Positions 26,984-40,500 of a DNA stretch of 64,000 nucleotides are shown piece after piece. The position numbers were made by a program, and so were the translations under genes. Position 1 is the first letter of the stretch, and the number at the start of each line of letters is the position of its first letter. Location: contig NC_134031.1 in assembly GCF_964204645.1 (NCBI RefSeq), positions 1,674,001-1,738,000 of the forward strand. Reading direction: 5' to 3'. The DNA comes from Tubulanus polymorphus (Eukaryota; Animalia; Nemertea). The notes under the pieces were generated by a model. It did no database searches, was not told the origin of the DNA, and worked only from the letters and a program-made list of their open reading frames with translations.

Positions 26984-28532
26984 GCATATTGCCCGACAAA
27001 TTCTACACTTTCTACTGTCAGCTGGACAAATATTACGCACTATGACGTCACCTGCATAACCTCTATAGGACCTTATCCTTAGATGTCACGTGTTAAGTCC
27101 ACACACGTGTCCTATTGACCAATCACCTGTGACAACAATCGCGCGTGACAGACGATCTTATGACGCGCTGCGTAACAACATTCAAGAACGTCAGAACTCA
27201 TTGAATAGTTTATAAAAAATCTTCAGTATATTTCGATCATTTATATACAATATAACAATTTCCTTATAGATGAATTTAATACGAAGCATTTTGAAAAACA
27301 ACGAATCAATAAACAATGAATACTCTTTATATCATACCCACTATTAGACTTCACAATAATATAGATAATCTTATGACTATATCAATATTTCTAACAAAAA
27401 ACTCTTAGAACAACAACAAAGATTATAACATCATGAGCTTCTAGCTAATGAAGAACAAACAAACACTAAATAGATTTCAGCTCTGTACCCAGAGTTATAC
27501 CTGACTTTAAAGCCATTTTTAACTAATTCTTACCATCTATAAGTACAAAGCCGATGGTTTGACAAAAAAAATTATGACTAGAGTTTCATATAAATTACAA
27601 TAATTCATCAAAGCATGACTAGATCATACAGAAAAAAAATCGTTATTTCATAATGAACTTGAAAAAATATTGAAAACACGAGATTCTTAAATACATCAGT
27701 TTTTGACATGTCTTAGAATTCAGCCGAGTTTGATTTGACGTGAAAAACATTTACAAAACGTTAAGCCATATATTGATGGTACCAAAAATACATTAAATAT
27801 TTGTGATAGTACATGTACATAGAGTGACACTTAGAGTTCCATATATAACATAAAGAAGCGTGAAGCTTTATTTTCACCCCCTGTAATATGTATCCAATGG
27901 ACTAAACATGAGATTCCGTAGACTAAACTCAATCATTAATGCCATAAACTCGAGATTCTTAAGTAAACTGAGATTCTAGATGATAATGAAGTGTATAGAC
28001 CTATAAACCTCATTAATAAGAGCCCTTCTCAATATGCTCAGTACCGGGACTAGCTTTAAATCTATTAAAAATAACTACATTATTTTAGCTTTCCCTTAAA
28101 ATACAGATTTAAGAGAATTTTTTTTTTACAACTGAAGGTCAAATTTAGACAGCTATAAACTGGAAACCAGTTTCACAAAGCTAAATTATGATTAGTTACA
28201 AGGCTGCCAACCTCTGAAAAGTGTTATCAGTGATAAGCTGAAAATTTTTTTAGAACATCTCATTGAAATATGAAAGAAAATGTTCAAAATTAGTCCTTAA
28301 TCAACGTTAAGACCCTCCGTAATAGCTAAAATTAAATCAGTATTTCTCGGGACAAAATAGCAACAAAAAACGAAAATCATGAACAGTTGGCAGCTCTGAT
28401 CTATCTTATGGCAACTACTTATTTTCATTGACCCAATAATGCTATTGATTGTAATTGGTTTCAAGAAATCAGGCCCTCGAAACCAGACCCAGACATTTCA
28501 TACACGATTATCTTCATTCTGATAACAGTCTA

Positions 28533-31500
28533 TTAAGAATAGCCGGCGTCTGAACAGGTTTCATTCGAGGCTGATTTTAAACTCTTACTCGTTGAACTGG
28601 TTGGAAGGGCGCTATCCGAGGTGATATCCGCGTCGATTGTTGTAGCGCCGGCCGCTGCAGCGTCGCAGTTCGCTATAACCGATAGCTGATTTCGATTGTT
28701 CGGTTCAGTTCTGGCGTTTGCGATGGATGAGTCGTTTGAGATGGTCGTAGCGTTGCTGTCTATATGAACATTCAATCGAACTCTCTGATGCGGCTGCTGC
28801 TGCTGCTGATGCGATCGATGCGTTAAACATTTGTTGTTCTCGCGAATCTTTTCTTCTTTCTATGAGAGATAAAGAACAAATTCATGTTCAGCCCTGACCA
28901 TCAGGGCCCAGTTGCACAGTAGTGACTTTTATCCAAAATTATAGATTGGCTGTAGAACGAAGATGGCGTTAGACTTGACTCAAATATAAGCCTTGATTAA
29001 AGCAACAAAATTTCAAATTTCGACCAAGCAGTAAACCGGTCATTCGGTGGTTATGTAGGCAAATTTTCATCCTTTACACTAATGAAACTCGGTTTCTAAT
29101 TCATAGGAATAAAATCCTGCTCACAACTGCATTGATTTAGGGGTAGTTTACTGTACAACCTAGACAAAAATTCCTAATTGCCTATTTCTCAAAATTGAAG
29201 GAATTTTTAAAGAAGTTTTTGGCATTTTGCTGAAATTAAAGGAGTTTTAGGTACTTTTAAAAACATTTTCCGCTTAGAAGGAGTTGTTAAGGAGTCGTAG
29301 GGACCCTGCTATTTCTGAAACTATGTATTCAATGAGTAATTGAGTAACTACGTAATGAGTACCTGAGCTATTTGTTTTTTAAGTTCCTCATTTTCTGCGA
29401 GTAATCGCTGGTGTCGTTCCTCTTCCTCTCGACTCGCCAGTGAATCGGTCAACGTCGCGCATTCCATTCCTTCGTTTGGGTGTCGAATGACGTCCATGAT
29501 TTTCGGCACAAACACGAGGCCCATCGACAGGAAACAGCACAATATGATCGCCAACGCAACAAACGCGAAACTCGCGTCCTGCTGATCTTTGATTATAATA
29601 GTGACCGGTGCAGTTATTATACTCAATACCTGAAAATAATAATCAATTCATATTTATTCGATACAATAATACAAGTACAGAGTTAGTTAAACCATGGACG
29701 TATAAACTATATCTATTTACAAATCTAGTTTAAATATCCATTAAAATAAGAAAATAGTAAGATTATCACTTTAACATTACCACTATCACTTTAAAACCTG
29801 ACGATGATCTCTAGTGTGAGATCGAAACATCGTGTATTCTATATATTTTAGATTGAATAAATAAATTCTTGTTTTTAAATTATTTTAATCTGTAGATAGT
29901 GGGTTTTTATCATATTATCCGTTCACCACGTTTGAGTGTGGAAAATGTTCTAAGAAAATAGTGTCTATGATACAACCCTTTTCAAATGACGACTTTTAAT
30001 GATCCTCCAATACAGTCAAAAGATAGATGTTTAGGTTCAACTGCCCATCTGTACTGGTCCTATTATGATCAATATCAGGTTATGTAGTACCTACGAGTAA
30101 TTATCTGAATAATGTTCAGATAATTGCTCGTAGGTACTACTAAAATTGACTGAGCTAACCGTAGGCTACGCGACGTCCTCTGAAGAAAAGTAAAACACAC
30201 ACTCACCACCACGTTGTAAATACTCATGCCAACGAATCTAGAATCGTTCACTTGTTTGATTTTGACGCTGCGAGTTTCATAAGCTAACAGTATCCCGAAC
30301 ATCAATAATAATCCTTTATAGCCCATAACAACACCTGCACAAATATATCACCATCATATCATTAGGATACAGTTGTAATTAGACTCATAACGTTGGAACT
30401 TGATTCAGAACCCACACAACTGTAGAACTAATTCCAGAGTCAAATGAAACCATTGATTCTAAAATGATCCATGACTAAACTACGATGACACAACAGTAGA
30501 AATGGGTTCAGAATCAAATCAAATCCAGACTCAAATTAATCCACACACACGCCGACTGTGGAACTGTTGGTTCAGCGAGAGTGGATGAATTTGTGCATAC
30601 GGTGAGCGAAAGAATTTGAACTTCTTAGAATTAGCAGATCTTACCCAACCAGACAGTCATATGTTTAGCCGTACACTGTTCTAATTGCGGTAAATACTTC
30701 ACATCTTCATCTGTATCTACGGGATCTTCAGACGGGAACGTCTCGAGTCCACGAGTCAGCGGATCGATCACTTGCCACAGCGTTAACACGATAAAATCAA
30801 CGGCGATCAAAACTGTTAAAACAACGTACAATTCCCACGAGCGGACAGCCTGAAATCAATGAAACAAATCCGTGTGAAAATCAATTCCCGGATAAAACTA
30901 GTAAATAAAGAATCTTGATTTATAGATAAAATTTGTCAGTTATTAGGAAAGGATGAATAAGGATTTCTTCGTTAATTTAGGTTCGATATCTAAAATTTCC
31001 TATGTAACTGACCCCACACGCAACACCCACGATACTTTTAGAAACCCCTGCGGAAAAGGCAACTTCATTAGATAAATGACTGAGCAAGATTGATTTCCAT
31101 TTGTGAAAAAATAAGCTCGTAATGATGTAAAATAAGAAAGATTGATGATGTATGAAGCACAGTGACTGGGAATGATTGATATATCCGATATAAACCATGC
31201 AATGAACTCTTCTCATTCCGATATTTCGATTCAACATATCCGATATATGATAGAGAGATAGCAGACGTAATGATAGGAAATAATAATAATTATTATCATA
31301 ATGATAATGAATATGCAAGAGACTGAAGAATGAAGAATTCAACGATATCATTACAATGCATACAGTGTTAGATAGAGAAAACTTTTTCAAAATTTTCTAA
31401 CTTTTGAAGACAAGATCGTTCTGTGCAATATATCATCGGCAAGCATAATTTGATTAGATGAAATAAATGAATCAATCTTACACGATACATGCACGACAAT

Positions 31501-34500
31501 ATGCTCAATAATAATCCGGATGTTAAGTCTGACAGGTTTCCTTGAGATAGTATCCAGTAGTTTATTTCATCTATATCCTAATAGTCATCTTCGGGAACAC
31601 TCTAAAGTTACAACAAAGTTACTTTGTATGGTACTCATAACGTTAGTATTCCTGAAGATGACTGTTAGGATATAGTCGAAACGTCGAGTAAACTATTGCA
31701 GCGCAAGGAATCATTTCAGACTTGTTTTTCTAATATACTGTGAGGGATCATATATTACAATATGCTCAATAGTTTAGCTTAGTCAATTTAGTGAAATATG
31801 GTGAATTGTGAAGATCATGTTTTTTGTCGAGGCGTTACACGAATAATATGAATTCTGAAGCATTCTGAAGATATAAGAGTAAATATATATATATATATAA
31901 ACAGATATATAGATATGCATTCAATGGTTATATATACTGTGATTGCGGGCTGTAGAGGTGAAATACATCAGAATCATTGACTCATTTCATACAAATAATT
32001 AGTCACATTTTTATTGAAGACGAACACCTATTCATTCGATGGTTAATATCAATATCGTAAAAGCTCATAATTATCAATTCATTCATATATACATGGACAT
32101 GAAACATTACTACTGAATAAAATTGTTAGTATATTATAGGGTAACATATGGACTGCAGGCTATAAGACATCTCATAGTTCTGGGGTTCCTACTATTGCCA
32201 GTAGGAGATACCTCAGCTACTTTTGATTTAAATATGAAAGAAATGAACATTAAGACCCTCAGTAACGTCTTTCACATTCCAGTACGGATCAAATCTGTGT
32301 AGTATTTCTTGTGACAAAATAGTAACAAAACACTGAAAATCAGGAACAGTTGGCAGCAACTCCGTATTTCATAGGTAACATTTCTTGTTCACTGTTTTTG
32401 TTCATCGAAAGGAATAAGAACTCGATGAATACCGAATAATCTTAGCCTTACTACGTACGTATGAGGTATCTCTGACTGACAAAGTGTTTAATTCTATCGC
32501 GTACCGGGGTTAGTAAGATATTTACATTTTAATCGTATAAGTATCTGTAGATAATAAAGAGTTAAAGGACAGTGAGTGAGAGTAGTGAGCGTGTTTCGAA
32601 TAATAGTCGTTAATGAGAAATGAGTTGATTTTCCGCCCTATAGTCAGATGCATCAATAGCACGGTACGTATGATAGTATATATACTCACCTGAGAATTGC
32701 CAAAGAATAATTTCAGATTAAACTGCGTGAGAGGAAATGAAAGGAAATGATACAGACTCTCTACGTAAATAACATATGGCAGCGTTTTAATACGGAAAGA
32801 TCGTCGTTTTATTCGCGATATTGAAAATATACTATAGAAATAAAACTGAACATGAAACACGTAAAAAACTAGAAGAATTTAGACCGAAATACATGTATTC
32901 TCATACACATGCACATGTGAACCGGATTGACATGTATCACATGTACATGTTATCGTATTTAAACATGTATTTCTACGAGGGAAAACAACTACGACAGTTC
33001 GACTACTGATTCTCTTAAAAATCAATGATATTCTAATAAAACTCTATTGATCGGTGAACATAGTTTTTGTCGAATTGATATTTACCCGAGTTTCTTTCTT
33101 CTGCCGAGTCGTCAGCCGATACACGGTCCAGATTTTAGTGAATAATGATCCGTACGCCAACGTGAATCCAAGAGACAAAATCCAAACCCGCATCTACAAA
33201 TTAATATTCTGTCTTCATCTATACTACTTGTAAACATGCCGTATTTAACCAGGTATCAATGTGCAGCCTGGAACCCGCACCTCTTCAGACATTCAGACAT
33301 ATATTGTAGCATGAAGTATGAACGATCAGTTTCTGAAAGTGCACTGATAAAATGTCTTATGCCTGGTGTTTGTAATCTATTCTCAATGAAATATGTCTCA
33401 GGTGAAGCACTGAACGATCAGTCTTTGAAAGTGTGCTGATAAAATGTCTGTTTGTAGTTGAATTTCAATTAAAGATATCCCATATTGAAGGAGATATTGA
33501 GTATTGAATGCCTGACGGAAGTGCAGATTGATATCTGCATTAAGAGATAGAATTCTGACTGTAATCTAGATGTCAAACTAATTCAGTAAAATCAATACCT
33601 GACAAACGAATGGATACATATCTTCAGAAACGAATCTTCCGTCGAGACCGAGCAGAAAGATACACAACAGACAAATAACGCAGCCACCAGCCATAACACT
33701 GTTTAATATCGGTTGAGATAGCCGGATGTATCTAATAAAACACAAAACATCTATTTACACGCAATTCAAAAATGCTTGGATTAGAATCCGGCCAATTTGT
33801 AGTGTTACCTTCGGTGTTGGTTCGTAAAGTTGAATATCAAACAGCCGATTCCGCAAATAATTCCTAATCCGGCGATTAGACACATCGTAATGAACAAACC
33901 GAGGTTTACCATACGTAACTTCGGTAGGAATTCTGTACGATCTTTAGGTACTTTACCCCCTGTGAAACAGACATCAAATATACATTCTTATCTTTTGTAT
34001 AGAATTTATCATATTTCTGAGCAGCAAAACTCGCTTAAATTGTCACATAACTCGTGAGTCATCTGTATTTTTGAGTCCCAATTTGTTGTATTTCCAATTC
34101 ACTTTTAACTAATGTGTAAATCGTTATTAGGATAAGTCATCAACATAATGATCATTCCTGAAGATGACTATTAGGATATAGTCGAAACGTTGAAATAAAC
34201 TACTATCTCGAAGTTTCATTTTCGGACTTTTTATTATCATTGTGGGATTCTCTCCTCATCATCAGCTACTGATGTGTAGACAGCATGGGATTTTCACTAT
34301 TCAGGGTTCAATCCAATATTCCCTGAAATCTCACTGACAAATGACCAAATATTCCCTGATTAAATCATATGACAACTTTCCAACTTTCCCTGACTTTTCC
34401 CTGATTTTCAAGAGAGGCGTCAGAATTCCCTGATCTGTAAGAATCCGAACTGTTACTGATAAAACTGTAGAACCTACCGATCCACGTTTCTCCACCGAGC

Positions 34501-37500
34501 CATGATAAATAATCCTTGTTATAATCATAGAGTCCGATCTTTTTATAAACTCCGTCGGTCATCTGTTCGATTTGAGTCCACGTGATTCGATCGCCTTCCG
34601 AATTAAAACGAACCGGACCCTGAAAATAGATAATCGTGCATATTCTAAAACGCTCGGAGAATGAAAGGTTTGCGATCGATTTTGAGGAATACTCACAGAA
34701 ACGCCGAGGAATTGAGTGGAATTCATCGCTTTAAACATTTCCATCATTATTTCTTTATTCGAATATGTGAAATTCTCCAGCGATAACCCTTTCTTTTTTA
34801 ACCTATGACCAAAACAAAAACAAAAAACAAATTGAATTTTCCACTGAAATGAAAAGCTTTTAATAATATATCGATTTAGTAATCAAAAACTGCGATCAAA
34901 ATGCTCACTCTTTACTAGCTTTATCAAGCGCTAGACCCAGTGACCAGACAGCGTCGTAAGCCAACGGCGATTCCGGAAAACCGCTCACCGAATCTGCCGT
35001 CACATTCTGATCGGCCAAACGTTGAATGAAATTCTGCGAAGTCTGAAAGAATGCGCGAAACGTCTAGAAATCTACTTCGAGAGTTGATGAAATCTTACAT
35101 AGATATATACAAAAACAAGTCAAACATAACATGTAAAATACATCTTAAATTACAAACCATTTTCTGACAAAATATTCTTAATTTTCAAGGGAAAAATGCA
35201 ACAGCTCATAAATGGTTCAATTTAGATAGAACACTGTTTGAAAGATAATTAAATACAACCGAACTTAAAGAGACCCTTTATCTTGTTTCCCCATAAGAGT
35301 TTCCATTTAGTATCATGACTCATTTATGACATAATCATATTATGATATTATCAATTTTTAAACATTTCATGGTTTTTCAGATGTTTGTTATGTAGAACTC
35401 TGTTACACAAAAATGATTTATTCACGTCTTTAAATTTGAATGATTACCATGTTAGAAATGGAGAGGATATTTTCTTGATTAAGCATCATCGATTCTGAAG
35501 TGAAATGTCCTTCGAGAGCTATTTTCATTTCATCAGCCGTGCAGTTGACCTGATCGAGTTTCTGTCGATACCAGTCGTCTTTAAACCATCCGATTATAAA
35601 CCAAACATACTTCTTACCGTAAAGACCTTGTTTGTAAGCCTGAGAATAGATAATAAGCAAAACAGTTTTACCAGGGTGACAACTTTTTTTGATTCCTGAA
35701 TTCCCTGGGTTTTCCACGTAAGGAGGCAACCTTCCTGAGATTTTTCAGAATTTTCTATAATTGCCTGATCTATCAAGGTTTTCCAGGTCGCATGAGTTGG
35801 AATCTCACGGAGGTTTGAGGTGCACCGAGCTATTTCTTACCTCACAGAAAACTTTTCTTGCTTTGTCTTCATAAAACAATCCGATAATGATACGCGCGTC
35901 TTGCTTCTATAAGATAAAAAATATCTAACATTCTTTTTACACAGAAAGCAAGAGAGAGGAGTGAGAGAGAAGAGAGAGAAGAGTGAGAGAGAGAGAGAGA
36001 GAGAGGAGTGAGAGAGAGATTACCATGGAGATATGATCTGATCTGACAAATTTGTCACGGCAATAATTTCTGAATTTTAATGGCCGAGATTATTGATTGA
36101 TAATAACTACGTAATTACATGAATTTCACTGCAGGGAGGAGTTTCAGTCATGGCGCCGAGCAACATCTTCACATTAAACATTGTTTCCCTGGCAAATGAT
36201 GTAATTACAATGGTTTACATCATAAAACATCGTACAGTAGACTACCCTTGCCGTGTTACTGATTGCCTCTGATCATCATGTGCTCCTCGTGACTAAATAT
36301 TTCAAAATTTTCCTATTCAAATTCTTGCTACGACGACAAATCATCACTCATGAGCTCGGAGGCAATCTCAGTCTACTGTCATACAGTAATCACATAGACT
36401 TCAAGCTATGATTTAAGCACAGTTGAGATGATGTTAAACTTACCTTTAGACTGGTGACAGCGTTAGACGGATCGGTCAGAAAACTAGTTCTCACTGCTAT
36501 TTCGATATTAGCCTTTTTTACACGGTCCTCTAAATCTTGTACGGTCTGAAAAATGAATGAATGATTTCTTTACTTATAATATGTACAAGATTATAAACAT
36601 AATTTCTTTGGATATAATTTCGTAGATAAATAGGTACATGTAAAAGAAGGACAACCCCAAGCCCTGGGGAAATGTTTAATCCGATGAACTGAGGCATAGT
36701 TAATGAACAACTGAGTAGATGTTTCATAGATAATTTCATAGATAAATAGGTACAGGGACAACCCCAGGCCATAGGGGCTGAGCCTGATAGGGGGATTGCC
36801 CTAGGAAAATGATTTCGATTGTGAAAAATCCGATTTCGTCGTAATGAAATAAAACTGGTTTTTATTGCGTAACTTACCGATATAAAAACCTCTTCGATCT
36901 GTTGTATCGTAGCTATACGCGTCCAGCCCCATCTCTGAATCAGTTTCAAACGAGTCGGATTCTGTAACGTGGCAGACGGATGAGTTCGAAAAAACGTCGG
37001 GAATCGGAACCGATCGGATAAAGCCGGGGAACTCGATCCGTATGATAACTATAGAAACGAAATAATAATAAACCATCAGAATCAACGCTGAGAATCACAG
37101 AACAGTGATCACGGTTCTTACAGATCACAGAATCCAAAAAACCCTCATATTTCCCTGATTTTCCCTAATCCTTGACCAAAAATTCCCTGATTAAATCATA
37201 AGATATTCTCAGTGAGGGTTGTTTCTGATCGAGAGGTTATTTGTGCCACTCATTATCACCAAGAATTAGACTACACATAAATTCAAATTCCCTGATCTTA
37301 AAGAAAAGAGTTGGAATTCCCTGATTTTCCGTGCAAGGAAAAGTAGATGTAGAATTGCCTGATTTTACTGATCTGTTAGAACCCTGTCTTGTTACTGGTA
37401 CCGATTACCATATATTGAAAATAAGACTGACGATTGGTCTCTAGTAAGAATACAAAATTTTGCGGCATTTTGATTTTCAATAATTTTTCTATCTCTGAAC

Positions 37501-40500
37501 AAATCTTGTTTTTAAACTTCATGTATAAAGTGTCACAACTTACGACAATCAGATTCCACATTTTTGCAGCCTGAGCGACGAACGTTGACACGAGGCTACA
37601 TCCCGGTCCGAGGAACATTATCTTCGACGGTTTCTTATAAACGAGTTCATACATAACCTTCGTACCGAGACCAGCGCTACACTGTTAAAATACACACATA
37701 TCAGAATATTAGATTGAGATGAGAAGAAAATACAATATCCGTGTATGATGAATAAAAGTGAGAAATCCCACAATAAAAACGACCAACTTGAATAAGAGTA
37801 AATATATTTATGCAACATTTCGGCTAAAGACTATTAGCCATCATCACAGCGTTCCAGTATCAACGACGGATCTAGGATAAAAGGGTCGAGAGATTTAACG
37901 AAGGGCCCGGATGCCAATGAAATGCGAGCCCTCATGGTAATAGTCTCCAGAATTAGGACAATCAAAGATATTCTGGGAAAAATTACATTTTTTATATGAA
38001 TTTTCATTGGAAATGCCTTTACTATTCCCTAATTCTAGCCTAGTTTGAGAGGGTTAATGTGTCATGTAAGTGTTGGAGGGAGAAGGGTCTTGTTGATTAG
38101 GTCGTATGCGTCCAATCAAGTGAGTTAATGATGAATGTCTGAAACTCAAAATCAATGTCATTAGATATGAATGCTGTCAGTGCTGTCCTTCTGTCTATCC
38201 AGGGTAAACATAATTCACCTTGACACTAGTGAACTAATGAAATTACCTCGACACAGAACAGGCATACTCAACAGTTTGCGAAAATGAGCACATTCAGCAT
38301 AATAATCTTATCACTTTTAAGCCAAAATCATTTTACTGGGGCTTTATAAATATGCCTCAGAGACATGTTCGTTAATCTGCACGTCTGCTGAGGAAGACAG
38401 GCACCACACGATACTGTCATTTTCTGCAAGCGAAGTCTGTCAAGTGTGATCTTCCGTAAGATAATTTCTTTGAACGAGAGACACAGACAGATGTGTCATA
38501 GTTGAAAAACTCTCTTCCTCCCCTACTCCCACTCCCTCTGCTTCTGTATCTGCCTCTCTCATTCCCAATCCCGCTGTCTCAGCCTCTGCTTCTCCCACTC
38601 CCTCTGTCTCAGCCTCTGCCACTCCCTCTGCCTCTGCCTCTGCCTCTGCCTCTGCCTCTGCCTCTGTCTCAGCCACTCCCTCTCCCTCTGCCTCTTCCCT
38701 CTCCCACTGCCTCTCCCTCTGTCTCAGCCTCTGCCTCTCCCACTCCCTCTGTGTATCTGCCTCTCTCTCCCACTCCCTCTGTCTCTGCATCTCCCACTCC
38801 CTCTGCCTCTCTCATTCCCTCTGCCTCTGCCTCTCCCACTCCCTCTGTGTATCTGCCTCTCTCTCCCACTCCCTCTGTCTCTGCATCTCCCACTCCCTCT
38901 GCCTCTCTCATTCCCTCTGCCTCTCTGCTATGTTATGCTTGAGTTCACATCGATCAATTTGTTCAAATCAGTTTATTACGATGGTGAGAGATATTTTCAT
39001 GAGGTTCTTTATGATTGCTGCGCGACCAGACCACCGAGTCTACTGTATAGATTATTGATAAACCAGAGATTAATATCTCATTGAGAGCAGGGGGTTTAGG
39101 GAGCTCAGGGGGGGGGGGGGTTCAGGGGGATTCAACAGTATCTCACACACACTCATGTTGATATTTTCAGGTAATTTGATATATCTCTTCTCTTCAATCA
39201 AATCAACACTGTTTCCTCTTCAATAGTTTCCTGTGCTTCTTTTCTTGGTTCACTTCTTTCTAGTCTCACCTCCTCCTGATTCATCTGACAACAAAGTCTC
39301 CCGCATTTTTCAGGCTAATTCATTTAAATGTAAAATTCCTTATATCGTAAAACATAAAGAGTATATTTGATACCATTAAGGGTATAGGATTGGTTGTAGA
39401 TAGAAATATGTCAGTAACAGGTCGAATAGGCGAACTATGGGATAAAGCTTTCATTGAGTTGTAGCTCATTATGCTGTCTCGGTATCTGGACTTCCCGTAA
39501 AACTCAGCGCTGATAAACAGAAATAATGTTTCATTCGATGAAATGAGGCATAGTTAATGAACAACTGAGTAGATGTAATGGCTATTAACCCGGCCGTGCA
39601 ACGGAAACAATCTTTTCTGCACTGGTGAGTTGGCAGCAGTGAACCAATACCGATACAACGCTCTACACACCGATACCGATACAACGCTCTACACACCAAT
39701 ACCGATACAACACTCTACACACCAATACCGATACAACACTCTACACACCGATACCGATACAACGCTCTACACACCAATACCGATACAACACTCTACACAA
39801 TGATACCGATACAACGCTCTACACACCGATACCGATACAACGCTCTACACACCAATAACGATACAACGCTCTACACACCAATACCGATACAACACTCTAT
39901 ACACCAATACCGATACAACACTCTACACACCAATACCGATATAACGCTCTACACACCAATACCGATACAACACTCTACACACCAATACCGATACACACAA
40001 GACAATCTTTGATAAACGAAAATTTATCATCCCAACACACAGGCCTAATACTGAAGAAATTTTTTTTCTTTGAGCTAATAGTTTATTCAACGTTTTCACT
40101 ACACCGGTCTTACAAATCATCTTTAGAAATACTGAACTAGTTGACGTTGAAACATTGAATAAACTTCACTAACTCAAGGAATACAGTATTCCTGAAACGA
40201 CTATCAGGATATGGTTGAAACGTAAAATGAAATACTAGCTCAAGGAGACTCTTTAATCAATATCTAACGTACATTTTATATTTTCTGGACATTATTTTCC
40301 AATCACGGTAACAACACAACACCATGACAACCACAATGATTTCACATTTAACCGCGAGAATCCCTCACAAAGTCTATACAACAAAATATCGACATCGAAA
40401 AATGAGCATCTCAGGAACAGTTGCACAATCTAGGCTAAGGGTTAGACCCACAGACATTACGATCAACTGTGAAGGACCCAAGAACCAGAAGGCTCCAGAG

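Noticed and set aside
38440-38942. EA/RE-rich and LP/SP-rich ORFs
   Set aside because: Translations of a CT-rich simple repeat; no splice context.
39469-40120. ORFs over the 26-bp array
   Set aside because: Repeat-derived; no coding signature.
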